Source: a virus
DNA length: 64,000 nt
Virus record (IMG/VR): IMGVR_UViG_3300048921_000363
Coordinates: 22,752 to 86,751 of that record
Strand: one strand, 5' to 3'
Below are positions 56,545-64,000 of the stretch, piece after piece. Below the pieces are notes generated by a model, which worked only from the letters and a program-made list of their open reading frames with translations, was not told the origin of the DNA and did no database searches. The stretch's first letter is position 1; every line of letters begins with the position of its first letter. The translations under genes were made by a program, and so were the position numbers.

Positions 56545-59259
56545 ATGAACATGAAACACGATTTGCGCGCCGATATCCTGCAACGCCTTGAGTCCGACTA
56601 CGGCCTAAAGCACAAGGCCGGTAAATACATGCGCCAGGGCGAATGCCCGGCGTGCAAGAAAAAGGAGCTGTACGCCTTCCACGATGACCCGTGGATGATC
56701 CGCTGCGGTCGGGGCAAGTGCGGCCAGACCTGGCACGTCAAAGAAATCTACGAAGATCTGTTCGAAGACTGGAGCAAGCGCGCCCCAGCCAGCGAGCAAC
56801 ACCCCAGCGCCACCGCCCGTGCGTATCTGGAATTTGCCCGTGGTTTTCGGCTTGATCTGATTCAAGGCTGGTTTACGCAGGAAACGTATTTTTCCGGCGA
56901 GCTGAATGCCGGCAGCGCGACGGTGCGCTTTGCACTGGAGAAAGGCGGTTACTGGGAACGCCTGATCGACCGGCCGCACCGGTTCGGCAAGATGAAAGCG
57001 CGGTTCAAGCCAGGCGATAGCCCGCGTGGGTACTGGTGGTGCCCGCCATGTGTCGAGCTGCTGGACGTCAAAGTGCTGTGGATTGTCGAGGGCATCTTCG
57101 ACGCCATCGCTCTGGTGCATAACGGCATTGCAGCGGTGTCGGCCATGTCATCGGCCTTCTTCCCTGAAGAGTCGTTGAAAGAGCTGGCTCGGCAGCGTGG
57201 CGGCAAATTGCCCAAGCTCATTTGGGCACTGGACAACGAACCCGGGGCGCACAAATACACCAAGCGTTGGGTGCGTCAGGCGCGTGCCCTGGGTTACGAG
57301 TGCGAAGCAGCGCAGATCCCGCAATCGGACAGCCGCAAGGTCGATTGGAACGATCTGCATCAGCGCTGGGCATTCATTGACGACGATAGCGAACGTGCCG
57401 AGCAGATCGAAAAGGATCTGGCCACGGCTCGCTATCACGGCTCCTTGCTGATCGCCGAAAGCGCGTCTGAGAAAGGCGTGCTGATGTACGAGTGGCGTGA
57501 GCGCCACGAGTTTCACTTCGGCTTCGACAGCCGGCTCTACTGGTTCAAGATGGACCTGGAGAAATTCAACAAGGCCATGCAGGCGCTGGAGTCATCCGAG
57601 CGCCACGAAGACCAATTGCTGAACGAAAAGCAGCGTCGCGAAAAGGCCTTGCGCCAATGCGGTGGCGTGGTGGAAATCGCCAACTGCTACCCGCAGGCGC
57701 TGTACTTCCAGCGCAACGAAGTCACCGACGAATCCTGGTACTACTTCCGCGTCGACTTCCCGCACGACAGCGGCAGCGTGAAGAACACTTTCACCGGTGG
57801 CCAGGTCGCCGCCGCCAGCGAGTTCAAAAAGCGTCTGCTCAGCATGGCCGCCGGCGCCGTATTTACCGGCAGCGGGCAGCAGCTCGACAAGATCATGAAG
57901 GATCAGCTGTTCGGCCTGAAGACTGTCGAGACCATCGACTTCATTGGCTACAGCAAGCTGCACGGCTGCTACGTCTTTGGCGACCTCGCGGTACGCGGCG
58001 GCATCGTCAGCGTGGTCAACAAGGAGGACTTTTTCGAGTTCGGCAAGCTGCGGCTCAAGACACTGCAAAAGTCGATCGCCATGCACATTCAGCGCGACAG
58101 TAAGCAGTACCGCACTGACTGGCTCCCAATGCTGTGGCTGTGCTTCGGCGCCAAGGGCATTGTTGCCTTGGCGTTCTGGTTCGGCTCGCTCTTCGCGGAG
58201 CAGATCCGCGCGCAGTACAAGTCCTTTCCGTTCCTTGAGGTCACCGGTGAAGCCGGCGCTGGCAAGACCACGCTGCTCACTTTCCTGTGGAAACTGCTCG
58301 GCCGTGAGCATGAAGGTTTTGATCCGTCGAAATCGACCCGTGCCGGTCGGCAGCGCGCCATGGGCCAGGTCTCCAACATGCCCGTCGTGCTGATCGAGGG
58401 CGACCGCAACGAGCCAGATAAAGCGCACGCCAAGGGCTTCGACTGGGACGAACTGAAAGACTTCTACGGCGGCGGCACGCTCGGCACCAAGGGCATGAAG
58501 ACCAGTGGCAACGAGACTTACGAACCGCCGTTTCGGGGCGCGATTGCGATCAGCCAGAACGCCGATGTCAGCGCGTCAGAAGCGATCCTGACCCGGATTA
58601 TCAAATCCCACTTTGCGCGTCCGGAAGTTACCACTGAAAGCCGTGCCGCCGCTGACAACCTGAACCTGATCCCGGTCGAGCAACTGAGCCACTTCCTGTT
58701 GCTGGCCGTTCGTGCCGAGGCCCAGGTGATGGCCAAGTTCGCCGAGCGCGTGCTGGTTCATGAACAGCAACTGCGCAGGCTCAAAGAAATCCGCGTGGAG
58801 CGGATCATCAAGAACCACAGCCAGTTGATGGCTCTGGTGGATTGCCTGCGCCTGGTGTGCCCGCTCGATGACAACCACGTCGCCACGACACACCAGGCAC
58901 TGATGGTCATGGCTTTGGAGCGACAGGCTGCGATCAGCGCCGACCACCCGTTGGTTGCCGAATTCTGGGAAGTCTTCGAATACCTCGAAAGCCTGGGCGA
59001 AGGCCCGCAGGTCAACCACAGCACCGACCCGAAACTCGTCGCGATCAACCTCAACGAGTTCGCTGAAAAAGCCAGCGAGCATCGGCAGAACCTCGCCGAC
59101 CTCAAGACCTTGCGCGGGCTGCTGGTCAACAGCCGCAGCCACAAATGGCTGGAATCCAACAAGGCCGTTTACAGCGCCGTGCGCGCTTCACAGGCGGCCG
59201 GCAACGCGATGTTCAACAAACCCACCACTGTGCGCTGCTGGATTTTTCAGAGCGCGTAA
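56545..59259 (+). CDS. Zn-finger/Toprim primase fused to a P-loop helicase
   Basis: CPAC...CGRGKCG; VEGIFDAI, ALDNE, DWND; Walker A GEAGAGKT. Confidence 0.88.
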   Translation: MNMKHDLRADILQRLESDYGLKHKAGKYMRQGECPACKKKELYAFHDDPWMIRCGRGKCGQTWHVKEIYEDLFEDWSKRAPASEQHPSATARAYLEFARGFRLDLIQGWFTQETYFSGELNAGSATVRFALEKGGYWERLIDRPHRFGKMKARFKPGDSPRGYWWCPPCVELLDVKVLWIVEGIFDAIALVHNGIAAVSAMSSAFFPEESLKELARQRGGKLPKLIWALDNEPGAHKYTKRWVRQARALGYECEAAQIPQSDSRKVDWNDLHQRWAFIDDDSERAEQIEKDLATARYHGSLLIAESASEKGVLMYEWRERHEFHFGFDSRLYWFKMDLEKFNKAMQALESSERHEDQLLNEKQRREKALRQCGGVVEIANCYPQALYFQRNEVTDESWYYFRVDFPHDSGSVKNTFTGGQVAAASEFKKRLLSMAAGAVFTGSGQQLDKIMKDQLFGLKTVETIDFIGYSKLHGCYVFGDLAVRGGIVSVVNKEDFFEFGKLRLKTLQKSIAMHIQRDSKQYRTDWLPMLWLCFGAKGIVALAFWFGSLFAEQIRAQYKSFPFLEVTGEAGAGKTTLLTFLWKLLGREHEGFDPSKSTRAGRQRAMGQVSNMPVVLIEGDRNEPDKAHAKGFDWDELKDFYGGGTLGTKGMKTSGNETYEPPFRGAIAISQNADVSASEAILTRIIKSHFARPEVTTESRAAADNLNLIPVEQLSHFLLLAVRAEAQVMAKFAERVLVHEQQLRRLKEIRVERIIKNHSQLMALVDCLRLVCPLDDNHVATTHQALMVMALERQAAISADHPLVAEFWEVFEYLESLGEGPQVNHSTDPKLVAINLNEFAEKASEHRQNLADLKTLRGLLVNSRSHKWLESNKAVYSAVRASQAAGNAMFNKPTTVRCWIFQSA

Positions 59260-59307
59260 ACCGCAACCAGCGCTGCAACGCTGGGCACATTCCAAAGGAG
59301 AGGCACC

Positions 59308-59604
59308 ATGCAAGTACACGTGATCACCGGCGACGCCGGCACGGGAAAAACGACGAAGCTGAGATCGATCGAAGCCCAGCAACTGGCTGAAGGCAAACAG
59401 GCCGGGATCATTCATGCGGATGCGTATTCGCATCACGGCCTGCTCGGAATCATGGAAGTCAGGCTAGAGCGCGGTGAGCGGACGCTGCTTGTCGATGACT
59501 GCTCGATCAAACAAATCGATGAGGTTCTGCAGTGGCAGAAGGAGGCCGCTGGAAACGAGCAGCTTGAAGGCTTAGCGATTCACCTGGTTCGCCGCGCCGG
59601 CTAA
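59308..59604 (+). CDS. Small P-loop protein
   Basis: ITGDAGTGKTT and LLVDD within 98 aa. Confidence 0.75.
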   Translation: MQVHVITGDAGTGKTTKLRSIEAQQLAEGKQAGIIHADAYSHHGLLGIMEVRLERGERTLLVDDCSIKQIDEVLQWQKEAAGNEQLEGLAIHLVRRAG

Positions 59605-59682
59605 ACAACGAGTTCATTCGGAAAGAAGTGGTGCCGAGGGGCTGCAACCCCTCGACACCGACCACCCCAAAGGAGAAGCACC

Positions 59683-59946
59683 ATGCAAGCACAAAACCCA
59701 AGTGGCAGCGGCACAGAGGCTACCACGAACGCCTTCAACGTCGGTGATGACGTGACTTTCGTGGCCGCACGCAGCACTGGGCGCAGCGTCAGTCTCAGCG
59801 TTCGCGAAGGAAAAATTGCCGGGATCAACAGCGGTATTGCGACCGTCAAGCTTCGCAATGGCCGCACCAGTATGCAGCCATTGAACAAACTCACCCGCAA
59901 GGGCGAACGCAACGCCCTAACCCGCGCATTACTGGGGGATGCCTAA
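59683..59946 (+). CDS. Hypothetical protein (small beta-barrel-like)
   Basis: AAGGAG RBS; FNVGDDVTF. Confidence 0.7.
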   Translation: MQAQNPSGSGTEATTNAFNVGDDVTFVAARSTGRSVSLSVREGKIAGINSGIATVKLRNGRTSMQPLNKLTRKGERNALTRALLGDA

Positions 59947-60167
59947 TGCAACCCTCCACCAATTCTGTTGCACGCACACGCCCGCCCATGGCCAGCCATC
60001 GGCTTGACCTCCCCAGTTGCTGCGACATCTGCGGCAAAGCCCGATCCACCCGAAAGCACCAGGCCTGTAGCCGGATCCGACAGCAGCGCAGGTCTGCCGA
60101 GTGGGCTGAGCTGATGGCGGTACGGGCAGAAGCGAAGCAGAACAAGCCACGGCGCTACGCGCGCTGA
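59946..60167 (+). CDS. Hypothetical Cys/His basic protein
   Basis: CDICG..R....H..CS. Confidence 0.7.
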   Translation: MQPSTNSVARTRPPMASHRLDLPSCCDICGKARSTRKHQACSRIRQQRRSAEWAELMAVRAEAKQNKPRRYAR

Positions 60168-60227
60168 TTTGGATTACGGGGCGATGGGGAGCTGCAACTC
60201 CCCATCGCCAGCAAAGGAAGAAGCACC

Positions 60228-62030
60228 ATGCTCAAGCGAACACTCAAACACTTTCATTTCTGCTGCGGCCTCGGTGGCGGCGCCAAAGGTTTCAACAAAT
60301 CCAAGCCCATCGTGGGCAACATTCAAGCGCAATGGCAATGCATCGGCGGCATCGATATTGATGCGGCCGGGCTGGCCGACTTCGAGCGTTTGAGCGGAGT
60401 CAAGGGCACGCTGCTGGATCTGTTTACCCGAGATCAGTACATACGCTTCCACGGGAAAGAGCCGCCACCTGGTTGGCGTGAGGCGACAGTCGAAGATGTT
60501 CGACGTGCAGCCAACTACCAACGGCCCGACGCAGTGTTCATTTCCAGTCCGTGCAAAGGCGCGTCGGGCCTGCTGTCCGAAAAGATGAGTCTGACCCCAA
60601 AATATCAGGCGCTGAACGAACTCACGCTACGCTGCATCTGGCTGTTCGGTGAAGCCTGGAAAGACGATGCTGTTCCGCTTTTGGTCTTCGAAAACGTCCC
60701 TCGGCTGGCAACCCGTGGCCGGCACTTGCTCGACCAGATCAACAAGGTGCTGTCTCACTTCGGCTATGCCGTGGCTGAAACCACTCACGACTGCGGTGTA
60801 ATCGGCGGCTTGGCCCAGAGTCGAAAACGGTTCTTGCTGGTGGCGCGCCACATCGAGAAGGTACCGCCCTTCCTGTATGAGCCAGAAAAGAAAACCCTCA
60901 AGTCTGTCGGCTCAATCCTCGGCCGCATGCCGCTCGCCGGCGATATCGAAGCCGCCGGTCCCATGCACCGGGTTCCAGCTCTCCAATGGAAAACGTGGGT
61001 GCGTCTTGCCCTCGTCACCGCCGGCAAGGACTGGCGCAGCCTGAATGACTTAGCGATCGAGGACGGTTATCTGCGTGATCTGGTGATCGTGCCCGAGTAT
61101 CGCGCCGGCTACCTCGGCGTGCACGACTGGCAAGACACCGCCGGCACCGTCGCTGGGCGCAGCAACCCAACAAACGGCGCATTCTCGGTTGCTGATCCAC
61201 GCGCCAAAGCCGGTGCTCTGCAATATCAGCAGTACGGTGTCCGTCGCTGGGAAGAGACCAGTGGCGCGGTGATCGGCGTCAAGTCGCCCGGACAGGGAAC
61301 ATTCAGCGTTGCGGATCCTCGCCGGCCGGGCGATGGGTTCGGAAAGTACTTGGTAACGCAGTTCGACAAGGCCGCCGGAACAGTCATCGCCGGCAGCACC
61401 ACGGGGCAAGGCGCTTTTGCTGTGCAGGATCCCCGATACCATAACTGGCACCCGGCAGCGAGTAGCCGGAAGCTGGGCGTTTGCCCGTGGGATAAAACGG
61501 CTGGGACTGTTACCGGATCGCAGCAGGTTGCCAGTGGTGCATTGTCGATCGCAGATCCCCGCCCTGGCATGAAGCGCGTCAAGGGTGATGCCTACCTGAC
61601 TGGTGGCCACTATGGCGTTGTCGGCTGGAATGAACAGTGCGGTGCTGTTTCAGCCAGTGCAAAGCAGGACAACGGGCGCTGGTCGGTAGCTGACCCGCGT
61701 ATGCCGGAAGCGAACGACCGGTTGACCTGCGTGATTGAAAGTCTCGACGGCACTTGGCACCGCCCATTCACCACGCTGGAGCTGGCCGCGCTGCAAAGCC
61801 TGGTCGAACCCGAAGAACAGTTCGAGCTGGATGGACTGAGTGATCAGGCGTGGCGTGAGCGTATCGGTAACGCCGTACCACCTGACGCCGCCGAAGCCAT
61901 CGCCGATGTGATGGGTACCACGCTGTTACTCGCCGCATCTGGAGAAACCTTCATGCTCAATAGCATGCCGATCTGGGTTCGCCCGATAGCGGTAGGCCTG
62001 AGCGTGGCGCATCGGGAGACTGCGCTATGA
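60228..62030 (+). CDS. DNA cytosine-5 methyltransferase with five internal ADPR-type repeats
   Basis: FCCGLGGG, SSPCKG, ENV, QSRKR, RIGNAV; close paralogue of 22677..24668. Confidence 0.88.
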   Translation: MLKRTLKHFHFCCGLGGGAKGFNKSKPIVGNIQAQWQCIGGIDIDAAGLADFERLSGVKGTLLDLFTRDQYIRFHGKEPPPGWREATVEDVRRAANYQRPDAVFISSPCKGASGLLSEKMSLTPKYQALNELTLRCIWLFGEAWKDDAVPLLVFENVPRLATRGRHLLDQINKVLSHFGYAVAETTHDCGVIGGLAQSRKRFLLVARHIEKVPPFLYEPEKKTLKSVGSILGRMPLAGDIEAAGPMHRVPALQWKTWVRLALVTAGKDWRSLNDLAIEDGYLRDLVIVPEYRAGYLGVHDWQDTAGTVAGRSNPTNGAFSVADPRAKAGALQYQQYGVRRWEETSGAVIGVKSPGQGTFSVADPRRPGDGFGKYLVTQFDKAAGTVIAGSTTGQGAFAVQDPRYHNWHPAASSRKLGVCPWDKTAGTVTGSQQVASGALSIADPRPGMKRVKGDAYLTGGHYGVVGWNEQCGAVSASAKQDNGRWSVADPRMPEANDRLTCVIESLDGTWHRPFTTLELAALQSLVEPEEQFELDGLSDQAWRERIGNAVPPDAAEAIADVMGTTLLLAASGETFMLNSMPIWVRPIAVGLSVAHRETAL

Positions 62031-62275
62031 CTGTTTTCCTGCTGCTTTATCTGTGCACGGATGCAACCCGGACAGATTGCCAGGTGTTGCCGGCTCAACG
62101 CTGGAAGGGAGATACCGCCTACGAACAATGCCTCGACGCTATCCCCGCCCTCACCCAAGCACTGACAGTGACCAATCGGAAGCGGCACCGGTTTGTCTGC
62201 GAAGTCCAGACAGATGACGCAGGACCAACGGAAGAAGCCTCGCCGAGGTTCATTCATCAATCGTTTCGGATGTGA
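62027..62275 (+). CDS. Hypothetical protein
   Basis: ATGA overlap, four Cys. Confidence 0.65.
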   Translation: MTVFLLLYLCTDATRTDCQVLPAQRWKGDTAYEQCLDAIPALTQALTVTNRKRHRFVCEVQTDDAGPTEEASPRFIHQSFRM

Positions 62276-62285
62276 GGGGAACATC

Positions 62286-62561
62286 ATGAACACAGCTTTC
62301 ATTCTGATGGCCCAGTACGACGGCCAGGCGATTATCTCGCTTGATCGGGTGTGTCGTGACTACTTCACTCACCTGACGCCCGACATGTTCCAGCGCAAGG
62401 TGTTGAGTGGTCAGATCAAGATCCCCATCACCCGGCTGGAGCCGAGCCAGAAGTCCGCCAAGGGCGTTCACATCGGTGACCTAGCGGCTTACCTCGATCT
62501 CCAGCGCGCCGCCGCGGTGAAAGAAAACAATCAGCTCAACGGCTTAAAACCCGCCTGTTGA
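62286..62561 (+). CDS. PrtN-family DNA-binding protein (possible excisionase)
   Basis: MNTAFILMAQYDGQAII; homologous to 24665..24934; 3' end overlaps the int 3' end. Confidence 0.8.
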   Translation: MNTAFILMAQYDGQAIISLDRVCRDYFTHLTPDMFQRKVLSGQIKIPITRLEPSQKSAKGVHIGDLAAYLDLQRAAAVKENNQLNGLKPAC

Positions 62562-63687
62562 GCCACTTCATTGATGCGGCGCCCAGTTGGACGGGCGCCC
62601 TCAATATCTTCTCGTGCCATTCCCACCCCACATACCGATCACCTTTACCGCGCAGGTGGGTGTAACGTCGCAGCGAATTCCAGTCTCTGTGCCCCGACAC
62701 ACTCGCCACGCGGGGGATGTCCCAGTCCATTTCAAACAGGCGGCTGACGCCCTCGTGGCGAAGGTCGTGAAAGTGCAGGTCAGCAATTTCCAGAAACTTG
62801 CAGGCCTTCGCCCAGGAAGTGGAAATAGATTCGGGGCTGTACGGGAAAATGTCGTCGCCGGCCTTGGGCATCGTTTGGAGTATCTGCCACGCCTCGTCCG
62901 GCAAGTCACACCACACGTCGTTGCCGATCTTCTGCCCGGGGTTCTTCATGTCCCGGACCAGGACTCGCTGGCCAGCCTCGTCCACGTCCGCCCAGCGAAT
63001 GCGGGTGATCTCATCGAGACGGCGAGTTGAGAATAAGGCGAAGCCGACGACCTTCAACATGTTGGTGATACTCCGACGCCGGGCCTGCATGTCCTCATAG
63101 TGCGTCATGATCTTGCCCAACTCATCCAGGGTCGGACGCCGGTCCCGCTCGCGGCTCTTGAGGTTGTAGCCGAGTTTGCGCAGCACCCGCCGGGCGCCGG
63201 CCATGGCCAGAGGATCGACTTGATAGCCCCACGCGTCCTTGGCAATGGAAAGCACAGCGCCAAGGTGCGCGAGATCATTGCCGGCGGTTTGCGCCTGGAC
63301 GCTTCCCCCTTCGCTACTCATCCGCCACAGGGCGAAGTCCACCAGGCACTGCGTATTGATATCGGTATCATTGAGCTTGCCGAAGTAGCTGGCACCGATG
63401 GCCGTAAGCGTGGCCTTTTTGGTTTTCCCCAGCGGACGCGCCTTTTCGACTTCGCGCAGGTACTGATCAATCATCTCTTTGGCAGTGGCGCCCTTGCGGC
63501 TCGCCCGCTCGATCGCACCTGGTTCATCCAGTTCCGATTCGCGCTTACGCGCCCACGCCTGCGCAGCCTGTTTCCGGGCGAAGGTCTGGCTCTCTTGGTA
63601 GACTTGCACTCCATCACGCTTGATGCGGATCTGAGCGGTGTAGCTCACAGACCCATCCGCCAGTTTTCTTGCCCTGATAGCTGCCAT
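62536..63687 (-). CDS. int: Tyrosine integrase, dusA-associated type
   Basis: STRR, DMKNP, HFHDLRH, SGH, LRRY; start MAAIRARK aligns with the prophage 1 integrase. Confidence 0.95.
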   Translation of the reverse strand: MAAIRARKLADGSVSYTAQIRIKRDGVQVYQESQTFARKQAAQAWARKRESELDEPGAIERASRKGATAKEMIDQYLREVEKARPLGKTKKATLTAIGASYFGKLNDTDINTQCLVDFALWRMSSEGGSVQAQTAGNDLAHLGAVLSIAKDAWGYQVDPLAMAGARRVLRKLGYNLKSRERDRRPTLDELGKIMTHYEDMQARRRSITNMLKVVGFALFSTRRLDEITRIRWADVDEAGQRVLVRDMKNPGQKIGNDVWCDLPDEAWQILQTMPKAGDDIFPYSPESISTSWAKACKFLEIADLHFHDLRHEGVSRLFEMDWDIPRVASVSGHRDWNSLRRYTHLRGKGDRYVGWEWHEKILRAPVQLGAASMKWLNRRVLSR

Positions 63688-63695
63688 ATCGAAAG

Positions 63696-63781
63696 TGGTA
63701 CGCGTCGGTTTTGAAGTGGTACATCGTACCACCGAGACCTGAAAAACGCCTGAAAACGCCCTAAAACACGCCGAAAACACG
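63696..63781. repeat. Integrase arm-type repeats and phased A-tract repeats of prophage 2
   Basis: TGGTAC at 63696 and 63717, inverted CGTACCA at 63725 (also 26699, 26710); four CC..AAAA..CG units at 63738-63781. Confidence 0.65.
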
Positions 63782-63790
63782 TTGAGTAAA

Positions 63791-64000
63791 ATGGTACAGA
63801 ATCATAGCCTTAGCCCAGTAAAACCAATGCCTACGCTGTCTCGGCGCTTTAGTGTTGCACCCATGATGGATTGGACTGACCGCCACTGCCGGTACTTCCT
63901 GCGCATCCTGTCGAAAAACGCCCTGCTCTACACCGAAATGGTCACCACCGGCGCTCTGCTGAACGGCGATCACGAACGTTTCCTCCGTCACAACGAAGCC
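63791..64000 (+). CDS. dusA: tRNA-dihydrouridine synthase A, 5' part
   Basis: Not in the ORF track; [57 protein letters not shown]. Confidence 0.96.
   Translation, partial: MVQNHSLSPVKPMPTLSRRFSVAPMMDWTDRHCRYFLRILSKNALLYTEMVTTGALLNGDHERFLRHNEA
63863..63874 (+). repeat. att core at the right end of prophage 2
   Basis: ATGATGGATTGG within dusA codons MMDW. Confidence 0.88.

Larger units (their letters stand above)
26630..63874. mobile_element. Prophage 2, P2/phiCTX-like, apparently complete (~37 kb), integrated at dusA
   Basis: Flanked by direct repeat ATGATGGATTGG (26630-26641 and 63863-63874); P2 gene order Q-P-O-N-M-L-X-lysis-R-S-V-W-J-I-H-G-FI-FII-E-T-U-D; integrase at right end. Confidence 0.95.

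Noticed and set aside
63688-63991. N-terminal extension of the integrase and the 76-aa minus-strand ORF in the track
   Set aside because: The extension covers the arm repeats and does not align with the other integrase; the 76-aa ORF is antisense to dusA
1-64000. tRNA, rRNA or IS elements
   Set aside because: No cloverleaf, rRNA-like sequence or transposase recognised by eye; a covariance search was not possible

Overview
The window, probably from a Pseudomonas chromosome, consists almost entirely of two tandem prophages inserted at the 5' end of dusA, whose intact reading frame starts at 63791. Prophage 1 (1..~26641, left part outside the window) has a lambda-type head and terminase, a P2-type baseplate and tail fibre, a Toprim/VapE primase-helicase, cI/cro/cII, a KAP NTPase in the rex-like position, a C5 methyltransferase and a dusA-associated integrase. 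Prophage 2 (~26630..63874) looks like a complete P2/phiCTX-like element with cos, a LexA-controlled SRAP module, head, lysis and tail genes, several morons (DUF4145-like protein, KAP NTPase, Zn-ribbon membrane protein), a primase-helicase, a related C5 methyltransferase and a second integrase. Most notable observations: (i) a ~270-nt multi-hairpin RNA candidate between cro and cII whose three UGUGGUG loops are complementary (up to 12 nt perfect) to the leader and start regions of the same phage's early-left operon; (ii) methyltransferases with 6 versus 5 tandem ~40-aa TRD-like modules; (iii) a covarying CUGCAA-loop hairpin plus RBS unit repeated before three genes; (iv) a distal tail-fibre segment shared by the two phages; (v) phage-supplied alternative dusA 5' ends and different integrase arm repeats. 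All calls come from reading motifs by eye; no database searches were run.
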